Part shown: in pieces, positions 1 to 8,883 of the stretch
How the letters are laid out: every line of letters begins with the position of its first letter
How positions within the stretch are numbered: position 1 is the first letter of the stretch
Made by a program: the position numbers and the translations under genes
Virus record (IMG/VR): IMGVR_UViG_3300023174_000187
Location: 1-59,318 of that record
Reading direction: 5' to 3' (one strand)
Source: a virus
Lineage: Duplodnaviria; Caudoviricetes
Length of the DNA: 59,318 nucleotides
The notes under the pieces: model-generated
What the model was told of the DNA's origin: nothing
Database searches by the model: none
Seen by the model: only the letters and a program-made list of their open reading frames with translations

Positions 1-126
1 TGCTACAAACTATGCAATCACAATCGGGACTGGTGGCGTTAGCACTGGGCAAAATTCATTTGCGGGAAATGCAACAAACGCTTTTGGTATCACTTCAAAC
101 GGCGGTGGCGGTGGTTCAGCAGGTGG
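1..126. repeat. Terminal direct repeat (circular-assembly overlap), copy 1
   Basis: 1-126 is identical to 59180-59305. Confidence 0.95.
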
Positions 127-451
127 AGGTGGTTCAGCAGGTTCCTCCACAGCAACAATAAATCAAGGCGGAGCAACGGGCGGTACAGGTAATACAGACG
201 GTAATGCCGTAACTTCACCTTACGCATTTGTTGTCAACGGTTCAACTGGTAGTGGTGGCGGAGGAAATAGTCGCGTTGGTGCTGGTTCAGGAATTGGTTC
301 AGGGGGCAATGGCGGTACTGGAGGTCAACCAGTCAACGGTGGTAATGGCTCAGGCTATGGCGCAGGTGGTGGCGGAGGCGGAAACAACAACTCACAAGGT
401 TCAACTGGTGGAGCGGGTACATCGGGCGTAGTTTATGTATTGAGGGTGTAA
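2..451 (+). CDS. C-terminal part of a glycine-rich fibre/virion protein (continues 58680-59318 across the circular join)
   Basis: Frame 2 is open to TAA at 449-451; GGGGSAGG repeats; ends GGAGTSGVVYVLRV. Not in the ORF track. Confidence 0.85.
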   Translation, partial: ATNYAITIGTGGVSTGQNSFAGNATNAFGITSNGGGGGSAGGGGSAGSSTATINQGGATGGTGNTDGNAVTSPYAFVVNGSTGSGGGGNSRVGAGSGIGSGGNGGTGGQPVNGGNGSGYGAGGGGGGNNNSQGSTGGAGTSGVVYVLRV

Positions 452-453
452 TT

Positions 454-681
454 ATGGCTCATTTTGCAGTAATAGTTGATAATGTTGTTTTGACATTAGT
501 TGAAGCAGAAAACGCACAAATAGCAATGGAAGTCACAAACAAACTGTGCGTCGAATCAGTAGAAGGTAACCGTGCTTTTGTTGGTTTGGCATATGACCGA
601 GAAACAGGCATTTTTGAGCAACCTCCAACCCCAATCCTTGAAAAGGACTTGCAATACAAGGTCTTTGAAAAAGACTTGTAA
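454..681 (+). CDS. Small protein of the type that follows Gly-rich fibre genes
   Basis: Starts MAHFAVI 2 nt after the upstream stop; has a GxxYD...F motif. Confidence 0.65.
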   Translation: MAHFAVIVDNVVLTLVEAENAQIAMEVTNKLCVESVEGNRAFVGLAYDRETGIFEQPPTPILEKDLQYKVFEKDL

Positions 682-709
682 TATAAGGTGTAATGTATTA
701 GGATGAAAT

Positions 710-1420
710 ATGCCTAAAAAAATTGTTTTTACTGACACTGTAAGCGGAGGGGCTTGGGAAAAGCCTCAACCTGCGTCTCAATATTTGCCCGAGTGGTATA
801 AAAAAATGGCTACTTATACTGGAGGAGAAAAAAAACGATGGGTTTTTTCAGAACAAGATAACAATTATCACACCTATGCAACAATCAAAAAATGTTTGCC
901 AGTTTTTGATGCAATCACGGCTGGTTACATTATTACTACATATTGCGATATTGATGTCGTCATCCTTGAAACAGGAGAGCAAATGTTTTATTGGACACAG
1001 TTTGACTCAATCATGTTTCACGCCGTAGAACAAGCACCCGACCACCCCAAAGCAGGACTTTTTGCTTATCCTAAATTCAGAAATCCGTGGGCTATAAAAA
1101 CCCCCGCAGGTTATTCAGTTTTGATTATTCCGCCTATGCACCGAGATTCCCCATTTGAAATTTTTGAAGGTGTTGTTGATACAGATAAATGGAGTAGTGC
1201 AGTAAATCTTCCCTTTCAATTCAAAGACCCAAGTTGGACAGGCACAATTCCAGCGGGTACGCCAATTGCTCAGGTAATCCCATTCAAGAGAGAAGATTGG
1301 GTAAGTGAGTTAGGCAATCAAGACGATTACAACAATCACATCCACCTTCTCACAAAATTGAAGTCAGTTTGGTATGACGCTTACAAGAATTTTTGGCGGT
1401 CTCCAAAAAGTTACAAATGA
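710..1420 (+). CDS. Conserved phage protein, DUF6065/dUTPase-like beta fold
   Basis: Motifs TIKKCLP, NPWAIKTPAGYS, GVVDTD, IPAGTPIAQVIPFKR. Confidence 0.6.
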   Translation: MPKKIVFTDTVSGGAWEKPQPASQYLPEWYKKMATYTGGEKKRWVFSEQDNNYHTYATIKKCLPVFDAITAGYIITTYCDIDVVILETGEQMFYWTQFDSIMFHAVEQAPDHPKAGLFAYPKFRNPWAIKTPAGYSVLIIPPMHRDSPFEIFEGVVDTDKWSSAVNLPFQFKDPSWTGTIPAGTPIAQVIPFKREDWVSELGNQDDYNNHIHLLTKLKSVWYDAYKNFWRSPKSYK

Positions 1421-2253
1421 CCTAAATCTAAAAAGTCTAAAGCGTTTGCGTATTTGTTGATTACATAAGGCGAAAGAATCTTTGTGTAGTCCGTTTTTGA
1501 TTTATCAATTGTGTTTCGTATTTGGTGCATTGATGGAATTCCAGTAGTAGCCATTTCATCTTCTTGATAACTTTTTGTTATGTTTGATAAATCATGCGAA
1601 TACGATTCAATCTCTAAAAACTTGTATATTGAAGTAACAGTTTCCTCGGGGCTTGTTATCAAATCGTTATATTTGACAATATGAAAAATCCCCTTGTACT
1701 CAGGTTTAGTTAGATTGTAAAGGTGCATTATTTCGCAATCTAGTGAACCAGTTGGGCGCATAAGATAGTCACATCGGACATCATCTAAAGGTCTGTAAAA
1801 CTTAGAAGGAAAATCAGCGTTTGATATTCCGTTGTCAATATAATTCGTATTTGGGTATTTGTTGGCTAAAGTGACAAAAGAAGCCAAAATGTCAAGGATG
1901 CTTCTAATTGGGACAATAATTTTTGGTGTTTGATTCAATGTTTTAGCAATGTGAATTCCATTTACCCCTCCCCAACCGCGGTTGCGCTCGATGATAATTG
2001 GTTTTTCAATATCAGCGTAAAAATTGTGAGCAAATTGATTTTTTGCGTTTTCAAATCCCTTCTCACGGACTTTAGTTTTGTATGACTCTAGTTGTTTGAC
2101 ATCAAAATTCAAAAGAACCATAAGGTCTATTAGGTCGGTTTGACCGCCAGCGTAAATAGAAGGGTTTTGGTTTAGAATTGCCGAAAGCAATGTCCCGCCC
2201 GAGCGAGGTAACCCGCCCATAAAGAAAAATGTCTTATGGCTTGAATCGGTCAT
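1411..2253 (-). CDS. Sulfotransferase
   Basis: PAPS-binding loop GLPRSGGTLLSAILNQNP; also R..LDILASF and VKYNDL. Confidence 0.85.
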   Translation of the reverse strand: MTDSSHKTFFFMGGLPRSGGTLLSAILNQNPSIYAGGQTDLIDLMVLLNFDVKQLESYKTKVREKGFENAKNQFAHNFYADIEKPIIIERNRGWGGVNGIHIAKTLNQTPKIIVPIRSILDILASFVTLANKYPNTNYIDNGISNADFPSKFYRPLDDVRCDYLMRPTGSLDCEIMHLYNLTKPEYKGIFHIVKYNDLITSPEETVTSIYKFLEIESYSHDLSNITKSYQEDEMATTGIPSMHQIRNTIDKSKTDYTKILSPYVINKYANALDFLDLGHL

Positions 2254-2299
2254 CCATCTAGGCTAGTGTTCAACCCACAATAAGTCAACAGGGGGAACG

Positions 2300-3049
2300 A
2301 TGATTATTCAGATTATTGGACAAGCGGGCAGTCGCAAAACTACGGTCGCCAAAATGCTTGCAAGTAGAATCAACGCAACTCATATAAATGCGGATGATGT
2401 TCGTGCAGATTTGAACAAAGATTTAGGTTTTTCAATCGAGGACAGGGTTGAAAATGCAAGACGGTTAGGTGCGCTCGCTCGCTTGTTAGAAAAGCAAGGT
2501 CAATTGGTAATTGTTGACTTCATTTGCCCTACTCAAGCGACGCGAGATGCTTTTGGTAAGCCCGACATTCAGGTATGGATGAACACCATCAAAGAAGGTC
2601 GTTTTGAGGACACCAATAAGATTTGGGAAGAACCAAAAGATTTTGATTTTCAAATCACCGAGGACATTAGTTCTAAAGAAGCCGTTGACGGAATCATCAC
2701 AAGATTTGGTTTGTTTGATTGGCAACGCCCAACTACATTGATGTTAGGCAGATACCAGCCGTGGCACGAAGGTCATCAAGCATTGATGGATGTAGCCGAT
2801 TCGCGCACAGGTCAAACCGTTGTGGCTGTTCGCAATACTCATGGAACTAGCGAAAAAGACCCGCTCTCATATGAACAGGTTGTTGAAAGTATCCACAAAA
2901 TGACATTGCGTCCAGCAATTGTGCAACTCCCTAATATCACTCATATCGTGTACGGCAGAGATGTTGGATACAAAATTGAACAAGTAGATTTGGGGGCGGA
3001 AATTCATGCCATTTCAGCAACGCAAAAAAGAAAAGAGTTGGGCATATGA
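2300..3049 (+). CDS. APS-kinase-like P-loop domain fused to a HIGH-type nucleotidyltransferase
   Basis: GQAGSRKTT, ADDVR..LNKDLGFS..DR.EN.RR (CysC-like); C-terminal GRYQPWHEGH...ISATQKR. Confidence 0.8.
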   Translation: MIIQIIGQAGSRKTTVAKMLASRINATHINADDVRADLNKDLGFSIEDRVENARRLGALARLLEKQGQLVIVDFICPTQATRDAFGKPDIQVWMNTIKEGRFEDTNKIWEEPKDFDFQITEDISSKEAVDGIITRFGLFDWQRPTTLMLGRYQPWHEGHQALMDVADSRTGQTVVAVRNTHGTSEKDPLSYEQVVESIHKMTLRPAIVQLPNITHIVYGRDVGYKIEQVDLGAEIHAISATQKRKELGI

Positions 3050-3345
3050 ACAAAGTCGTCTATGTTTTGAAAATAGCAAAAGACCGTTGGATTCGCCCAT
3101 ATGATGAAATTGTTTTGCGATTCAACACCAAAGCAAAAAAAGGCGACCCACTTGTATGGCGAGTTTTCATCAACGGTGTTGCTCATCTAGCCAGTGGGTT
3201 TGAAATTCACGGCTATATGTACGATGTTGTCTCCTATGAAGGCGATGTCAAAAAATTCAATGTTGGATGTAGAGGCAGAGTCCGTTGGGATAAATCAAAG
3301 GCAATAATCTTTGCAAGCAAGAAAGACCCCGATACATTGATGTAA
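3046..3345 (+). CDS. Hypothetical protein
   Basis: ATGA overlap with the upstream gene; followed by a hairpin. Confidence 0.65.
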   Translation: MNKVVYVLKIAKDRWIRPYDEIVLRFNTKAKKGDPLVWRVFINGVAHLASGFEIHGYMYDVVSYEGDVKKFNVGCRGRVRWDKSKAIIFASKKDPDTLM

Positions 3346-3381
3346 AGCCCCGAAACCCATCAGGGCGAATGGGGTTTAGGG
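3346..3381 (+). terminator. Probable terminator hairpin
   Basis: AAACCCAT...ATGGGGTTT inverted repeat after the stop codon. Confidence 0.45.
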
Positions 3382-3405
3382 ATTAGTCCCGTGTATCATT
3401 GAAAC

Positions 3406-3822
3406 ATGGCTTTTACTTATATTGACCCTAGCGCGAACGCCCGTGACGCTGTTCGTTTCTTGATTCAAGACACGGACTCAACTGAACCTCATATGACCGA
3501 TGCAGAAATTGCGTATTTGTTGACCACTTGGGACAATAACACTTATGATGCTGCAATCGCAGCAGCAGAAATTATTTCAGGGCAATATGCGCACCGAACT
3601 AATTATTCCCGCAGTGTTGGTGACCTATCTATCTCCGAATCTTATTCAAGTACAGCAATTGAATTCCGCGCCCTAGCAGACCGCTTGCGAGAGCAGCGCA
3701 ACCGTCAGTACGCCCCAATCCCCCGTTTTGCAGCACAGTCTATGGTTGCAACAGGAGACAAACTCGTCGAAACTTACAAAACAGATTTCTATACAGGTAT
3801 GGACGACAATCAAATTCAATAG
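3406..3822 (+). CDS. Head-tail adaptor/connector
   Basis: VRFLIQDTD...MTDAEIAYLL...SRSVGDLSISES; first gene of the neck block. Confidence 0.75.
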   Translation: MAFTYIDPSANARDAVRFLIQDTDSTEPHMTDAEIAYLLTTWDNNTYDAAIAAAEIISGQYAHRTNYSRSVGDLSISESYSSTAIEFRALADRLREQRNRQYAPIPRFAAQSMVATGDKLVETYKTDFYTGMDDNQIQ

Positions 3823-3831
3823 GAGAGTGCA

Positions 3832-4188
3832 ATGCCTTACATAAATGGCTCGCCTGACCATTGGACTGGTGACATGACTGACACCGTAACGGTGTACAGC
3901 GCAACAACGCTAGATAACTACGGAAAAAGGTCAACTTCTGCAAGCGGTACTGCTTACGCGTGTCGTATTGTAGGTAAAGCCAGTAGAAAGCGCGATGCAA
4001 GCGGACAGCAAAATTCAAATGAAGGAAAACTTTATATTATTGTTGCAAACACTGTTGCAGTTGGCGACCGCCTTGTATTGCCTGATTCAACCGAGCCTTT
4101 AGTTCTTTCAGTTTCAAGAATCAAATACCCAACCCCCACTGGGTCTGCTATTCACAACACAGTTGTCGAATTTGGTTGGAACAAATAA
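3832..4188 (+). CDS. Head closure/stopper protein
   Basis: DNYGK, CRI and VGDRLVLPD motifs; synteny. Confidence 0.7.
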   Translation: MPYINGSPDHWTGDMTDTVTVYSATTLDNYGKRSTSASGTAYACRIVGKASRKRDASGQQNSNEGKLYIIVANTVAVGDRLVLPDSTEPLVLSVSRIKYPTPTGSAIHNTVVEFGWNK

Positions 4189-4586
4189 TGGCAATTGATA
4201 AAATTGAAGGTCTCGATACTCTCAAACATCTCCTAATCGGAGGAGGAGCGGCTGCTGGTCAGGCTCTTAGACAAAGTTTGTATCGCGAAGCCTCCATTGC
4301 TTTTGCTGAGTCGCAAGCGGAAGTTCCAGTTGATACAGGTATGTTGAAAAATTCAGGACAAGCCTACGGAATTCAAATCAATCAAGCGGGCAATGTTTTG
4401 GAAATCACTCTTGGTTATGGCGGAGTTGCTTCCCCTTATGCCGAAATCGTTCACGAAGATTTGTCCGCTCGACATAACGCCCCAACAAAAGCCAAGTTTT
4501 TGGAGGACCCTGTAAAGCGTCGCGCCTCAGGACTTGTGGCAAGATTAGCAACATCCGTTGATGCAGCATTGAAAGGCTTGGTCTAA
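4188..4586 (+). CDS. HK97 gp10-like neck protein
   Basis: VPVDTGMLKNS, YAEIVHE, AKFLEDP; TAATG-coupled start at 4188. Confidence 0.8.
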   Translation: MAIDKIEGLDTLKHLLIGGGAAAGQALRQSLYREASIAFAESQAEVPVDTGMLKNSGQAYGIQINQAGNVLEITLGYGGVASPYAEIVHEDLSARHNAPTKAKFLEDPVKRRASGLVARLATSVDAALKGLV

Positions 4587-4999
4587 TGCCTACTACTCAA
4601 ACAGTTCTTGAAGCAATCGGAAGTCACATTGATTCCAACAATGCGACTTTGACAATCGGCACAAACTTATTTCTTGGCAAAATGCCCGAAAACCCTGATT
4701 TGTGTGTCACTGTTTACGAATATGCGGGTACAAACCCAGTTGAAGGTATGGGAAATGTAGGGTTTGTTGTTGACCGCCCTTCTGTTCAGGTCGTTGTTCG
4801 TGCGGGTAAAGATGACTACCCTACGGCTAGAAACCTTGCTCAAGACCTGCGAATTCTCCTTGCAGCCGTAACTGACACCACAATTAGCGGTTTGCGTGTC
4901 TTGCGCCTTGCTTCTAATGGTTCTGTTATACCCTTAGGTTTAGATGACTTGGATAGACCAAGAATCGCCTTCAACTTAGATTGTTTCGTTCAAGCGTAA
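4586..4999 (+). CDS. Tail terminator / minor capsid-3-like protein
   Basis: LFLGKMP, PSVQVVVR, LGLDDLDRP..AFN. Confidence 0.75.
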   Translation: MPTTQTVLEAIGSHIDSNNATLTIGTNLFLGKMPENPDLCVTVYEYAGTNPVEGMGNVGFVVDRPSVQVVVRAGKDDYPTARNLAQDLRILLAAVTDTTISGLRVLRLASNGSVIPLGLDDLDRPRIAFNLDCFVQA

Positions 5000-5157
5000 T
5001 GTCTGAGGAGGAGAAGCCAAAAGACCCTTACGGTCGCGGGGAGAAACATGACGAATTCCCGAAATGTTGGCGGTGCGAAAGAATCCTCGCGGAATACCTC
5101 ACGCGCCCGTGGAAACTCAACTGCCAAAGATGTAAAGCAACAAACAAGTCTCAATAA
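4999..5157 (+). CDS. Mu Com-like zinc-ribbon regulator (52 aa, below the ORF-track cutoff)
   Basis: MSEEEKPKDPYGRGEKHDEFPKCWRCERILAEYLTRPWKLNCQRCKATNKSQ; CxxC..IL...CxRCK..N pattern; TAATG-coupled to the upstream gene. Confidence 0.75.
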   Translation: MSEEEKPKDPYGRGEKHDEFPKCWRCERILAEYLTRPWKLNCQRCKATNKSQ

Positions 5158-5452
5158 AACAACTATCGAAGCCCTCAATTCGGCTCTTGATGATATTGAA
5201 GTCAAGCATGGCACGGGTGTACCTTGTGCAATTTTCCGCTTGTACCAAGTTCTGCCCCAAGAAGTAGCCAATAAAGTTTTGATGACAATTGATACCTCTA
5301 ACCACACGGCGGTTCAAATTGCTCTGACCCTCGACAAATTTAGGGATGAAACAGGGATAAGAATTACTTCTTGGATAGTTCAAAAGCATCGCCGTCGCTT
5401 GCGTAACACCTCGACGGGTTGTTCATGCGTCAGGGAAACTGGTAAAGCGTGA
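5048..5452 (+). CDS. Putative HTH/Zn protein (start uncertain; overlaps the Com-like gene)
   Basis: C...QIALTL...IVQKHRR...CSC; GTGA-coupled to the next gene. Confidence 0.55.
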   Translation: MTNSRNVGGAKESSRNTSRARGNSTAKDVKQQTSLNKTTIEALNSALDDIEVKHGTGVPCAIFRLYQVLPQEVANKVLMTIDTSNHTAVQIALTLDKFRDETGIRITSWIVQKHRRRLRNTSTGCSCVRETGKA

Positions 5453-6666
5453 ACTTAGACGGCATGGACGAGGCTATAGACAGCCTTTTAGAGCCTGTTG
5501 AGCAAAACCCTATTCCTAACCCATCTATGAAGCGAAAGGCAGCCGAATGGCTTCCTGGAGTCGTATGGGACGGGTCTGAGGGAACTATCACAACAACTGC
5601 TATTCCAGCCGAAGAATCTCCTGATTGGGATTCAGTTTTGCGCATTTGGGGTCTAAACCCTGAAAACTTTAGCGTTGTAGAACCAGTTTTGTTCAATGTG
5701 TGGGGAAACCCTGACGGCGGGATACTCAACCGCCAATGGAAGGGAAAAGTTGTCAAAAAAGGTGCGGAAGTTGAAAAAACAGACTATTCAGACCTGATAA
5801 ATGAAATCAAAAAACATAAAAAATCATCTGTGACCCCAATCACAGGAGATGGAGTATTTTGTGTTGTTCTTGCAGATTGGCAGGTCGGTAAACCCGATGG
5901 AGATGGCTTATCGGGAACAGTCAAGCGAATCCTTGATGGGATTGATGCGGTAGAAAATCGAATCAAGGAATTGCGCCGAATCAAGCGTCCGCTTGGTCGC
6001 CTTGTAGTTCTTTGGACGGGTGATTCAGTTGAAGGTTGTATCGGTCACTACGAACAACAGGTGTTTGGTGTTGAGTTAGACCGCCGTGACCAAGTAAAAG
6101 TTGCTCGCCGTTTGCTCCGCGACGCTCTTATCCAATGGTCAAAATTGTTTGATGATGTTTCAGTTGTTGCTGTTGCTGGTAATCATGGAGAAAACCGCTC
6201 TAATTCAGGCAAGTCCTACACAAGTCTCAATGACAACGACGATGTAGCAATAGTTGAACAGGTCTCCGAAATTTTGGCAGCAAATCCCGAAGCGTATGGT
6301 CATGTTCGTTTTGCAATTCCAAAAGACCGCTTGTCTATTACGGTTGAGGCAGCAGGATGGATTCTTGGAATCACTCACGGTCATGTTGCAAAAGTCTCAG
6401 GCGCAAGTCCTGAATTGAAAATGCGCCGTTGGTTAGAAGGACAGTCTTTCGGAAAACAACCAATTGGTGATGTTGATGTATTAGTGTCGGGTCATTGGCA
6501 CCATCTTCGTGCAGCAGATTGGGGTGGTGTAATGTGGCTTCAAGCCCCCGCTCTCGACGGTGGCAGTGTTTGGTGGGAGCAAATGAAGGGCGACCGCGCA
6601 GAAACAGGAGTTTTGACATTTTGTATGTATCCTGAAAAACGAGTAGCAGATTTGGCAATCCTATGA
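5449..6666 (+). CDS. Calcineurin-like metallophosphoesterase
   Basis: DWQ, GDSVEG, GNHGE, THGH and GHWH metal motifs. Confidence 0.85.
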   Translation: MNLDGMDEAIDSLLEPVEQNPIPNPSMKRKAAEWLPGVVWDGSEGTITTTAIPAEESPDWDSVLRIWGLNPENFSVVEPVLFNVWGNPDGGILNRQWKGKVVKKGAEVEKTDYSDLINEIKKHKKSSVTPITGDGVFCVVLADWQVGKPDGDGLSGTVKRILDGIDAVENRIKELRRIKRPLGRLVVLWTGDSVEGCIGHYEQQVFGVELDRRDQVKVARRLLRDALIQWSKLFDDVSVVAVAGNHGENRSNSGKSYTSLNDNDDVAIVEQVSEILAANPEAYGHVRFAIPKDRLSITVEAAGWILGITHGHVAKVSGASPELKMRRWLEGQSFGKQPIGDVDVLVSGHWHHLRAADWGGVMWLQAPALDGGSVWWEQMKGDRAETGVLTFCMYPEKRVADLAIL

Positions 6667-6977
6667 ATGAATTGAACGACCCACGCGACATAGCAGCCTA
6701 CGCAGCAGATTTGGTGTCGCAAGATAGAAACGAGTCCTACGGTCACCCTCTCGACGACTTCAACCGAGCAGCAAAAATTTGGTCAGCAATTCTTGGTGTT
6801 GAGGTATCCGCAGAACAAGTAAGTCTTTGTATGGTCGGCGTAAAAATTGCTCGCGAAGTTCACGCAACTAAACTTGATAATGCGGTAGATGGAATTGGAT
6901 ATTGGTTGACGCTAAGAATGATAAAAGAAAAGCGGGCTGAACTAGCGCGTTTAGGAGAAGAACAAAGCAAAAAGTAA
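6663..6977 (+). CDS. DUF6378-like protein
   Basis: [17 protein letters not shown]...KIAR...DN.VD..GY. Confidence 0.8.
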   Translation: MNELNDPRDIAAYAADLVSQDRNESYGHPLDDFNRAAKIWSAILGVEVSAEQVSLCMVGVKIAREVHATKLDNAVDGIGYWLTLRMIKEKRAELARLGEEQSKK

Positions 6978-6979
6978 TG

Positions 6980-7069
6980 TACAGTTCAGGTAATCGAGTC
7001 CTAAGAGACCCCGCCTACGGCAGAACCCTAGAGGTCATCGTGGTACGGGGTTTTGCTGTCTAAAAGGAG
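6980..7069 (+). promoter_or_regulatory. Tail-operon leader: -10, tandem GAGNCC boxes, terminator-like stem, RBS
   Basis: TACAGT 6980; GAGTCCtaaGAGACC 6996-7010; GAACCCtaGAGGTC 7023-7036; GACCCCG/CGGGGTT stem followed by a T run; AAGGAG. Confidence 0.65.
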
Positions 7070-7074
7070 ACACT

Positions 7075-7287
7075 ATGACCCAGTATCGCGTGTTAGCGGG
7101 GATTGACTACCCGCCGTCAAAAAGAGCCGAGGTAGGGGATATTGTTACAGACCTGCCAACAGCACAAATCAAAAATCTTTTGGAAATTGGTGCAATCGAA
7201 CTCGCAGACGGAAAGTCTAAGTCTGAGGTAAAGGTCGAAGAAACCGTTGTTGAAGAAACAACATCCACAGACAGTGAGGAAGAATAA
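7075..7287 (+). CDS. Small virion-operon protein
   Basis: RBS present; GDIV.DLP...LL..GAIE motif, typical before tail-tube genes. Confidence 0.75.
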   Translation: MTQYRVLAGIDYPPSKRAEVGDIVTDLPTAQIKNLLEIGAIELADGKSKSEVKVEETVVEETTSTDSEEE

Positions 7288-8018
7288 TGCCTACATTTCG
7301 CCACGGTAAAAACACAATAGTTTTGTTAGATGGTTACGATGCAAGTTCTTATTTCAATGAATCAACAACAAGTCGCTCGATTGAGACTAGCGAAACAACT
7401 TCATTCGGTTCAAGCGCAAAAACTTACATCGCTGGACTAAAAGATGGAACTTTGTCACTTTCAGGTATGTTTGACGGTTCAACAAATGCAATTGACTCAA
7501 TTTTCAACAGTATCGCGGGTTCAGCAACAGATTCAATCGTGACTGTTGGTCTTGAAGGCAGCACAATTGGCACAATCGCCCATATGGTCGGAGTTCAAGA
7601 AACTTCTTACGAAGTTACTTCTCCAGTAGCAGATGTCGTTACAGTTTCAGCAGAATTTCAAGCAGACGGCGGACTTGATTCAGGTCGCGTTCTTGCTCCA
7701 GCCACGGTTGTAACAACAGCAACAACAACAAACAACACTAGCGTTGATAATGCAGCAGCGACTACTAACGGAGGCGTTGGTCATGTTCATGTGACTGCAA
7801 ACGCTAACAATGGTACGACCACAATCAAGGTACAGCACTCGACCGATAACTCGACTTGGGTTGACTTGATTACATTCTCAACAATTGCAACAACCGTAAC
7901 GGCTGCTCGTCGAGTAGAAGTTGCGGCTGGAACAACAGTAAATCGTTATTTGCGAGCGCAGATAACTACAGCAGGTACAGGTTCAATCACTACTAGCGTC
8001 GCGTTTGCGCGGAGGTAA
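7287..8018 (+). CDS. Tail tube protein paralog 1 with C-terminal extension
   Basis: ETTSFGSSAKTYIAGLKDGTLSLSG; Thr-rich C-terminal domain. Confidence 0.75.
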   Translation: MPTFRHGKNTIVLLDGYDASSYFNESTTSRSIETSETTSFGSSAKTYIAGLKDGTLSLSGMFDGSTNAIDSIFNSIAGSATDSIVTVGLEGSTIGTIAHMVGVQETSYEVTSPVADVVTVSAEFQADGGLDSGRVLAPATVVTTATTTNNTSVDNAAATTNGGVGHVHVTANANNGTTTIKVQHSTDNSTWVDLITFSTIATTVTAARRVEVAAGTTVNRYLRAQITTAGTGSITTSVAFARR

Positions 8019-8023
8019 TAAAA

Positions 8024-8440
8024 ATGCCAACATTTCGTCATGGTAAATCAGCAGTATTCAAAATCGGTTCATCAGGTGCGCCAGGAACAGCGACAGCAAT
8101 TTCTGATTCCCTAACCGATGTAAGTTTTCCACGCTCAATTGAGACCGCGGAAACAAGTGCATTTGGCTCATCAGCAAAAACTTATGTTGTTGGTTTGACA
8201 GATGCAACAATCTCAATCTCAGGAACATTTGATGCAACTTATGATGCCCAGTTAGCAGGTTTGGCTGGCGTTGATGGAGTAGCGTTCGAGTATGGTCCCG
8301 CAGGTTCAACAAGCACATTTGTCAAGTACACAGGAACCTGCGTATTGACTTCATATGAAACATCAGCGTCAATCGGTGATGTAATCAAGTTCACAGCCGA
8401 GTTCCAGGTGACTGGTGCAATCACTCGCGGTACTTACTAA
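8024..8440 (+). CDS. Tail tube protein paralog 2
   Basis: ETSAFGSSAKTYVVGLTDATISISG...FQVTGAIT. Confidence 0.8.
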   Translation: MPTFRHGKSAVFKIGSSGAPGTATAISDSLTDVSFPRSIETAETSAFGSSAKTYVVGLTDATISISGTFDATYDAQLAGLAGVDGVAFEYGPAGSTSTFVKYTGTCVLTSYETSASIGDVIKFTAEFQVTGAITRGTY

Positions 8441-8468
8441 TAGCAAGTAAAATTCAATAAACCCAACC

Positions 8469-8482
8469 GAGTCCTAGAGACC
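8469..8482 (+). promoter_or_regulatory. Tandem GAGNCC box upstream of the chaperone RBS
   Basis: GAGTCCtaGAGACC, nearly identical to 6996-7010. Confidence 0.65.
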
Positions 8483-8499
8483 TACAAGAAGGAGTTACC

Positions 8500-8883
8500 G
8501 TGTCCATTAGAGACCTTATCCTCACCAGCCAAGACATCCCAAGTGAAATTGTGGATGTTCCCGAATGGGGAGTAAAAATCGAAGTCCGTGGTATGACAGG
8601 TGCATCTCGCACCCGAATCATGGATTTAGCAGTTGGAAATGAAGGTTCGGTGAATCTTCAATTCGTTTACCCCGAGATTGTTATCGCAACAGCGTATGAC
8701 AGCGAAACTGGTGAGCAGATATTTGAACCTAATGACAAGGACACTCTCCTTGCTAAGTCAGCAATTGCAATTGACCGAATTGCATCGGTTGGTATGCGTC
8801 TATCAGGATTCACACAAGAATCAGCGGACGCAGCGGGAAAAGATTCCTCCGCAACGGCTACCGAAGATTCGTCTTTGAACTAG
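8500..8883 (+). CDS. Tail assembly chaperone (G)
   Basis: VDVPEWG..IEVRGMTG; lies between tail tube and tape measure. Confidence 0.85.
   Translation: MSIRDLILTSQDIPSEIVDVPEWGVKIEVRGMTGASRTRIMDLAVGNEGSVNLQFVYPEIVIATAYDSETGEQIFEPNDKDTLLAKSAIAIDRIASVGMRLSGFTQESADAAGKDSSATATEDSSLN

Noticed and set aside
228-431. 67-aa ORF and the many short antisense or alternate-frame ORFs inside long genes
   Set aside because: Shadows of the real frames, with no RBS or recognisable motifs
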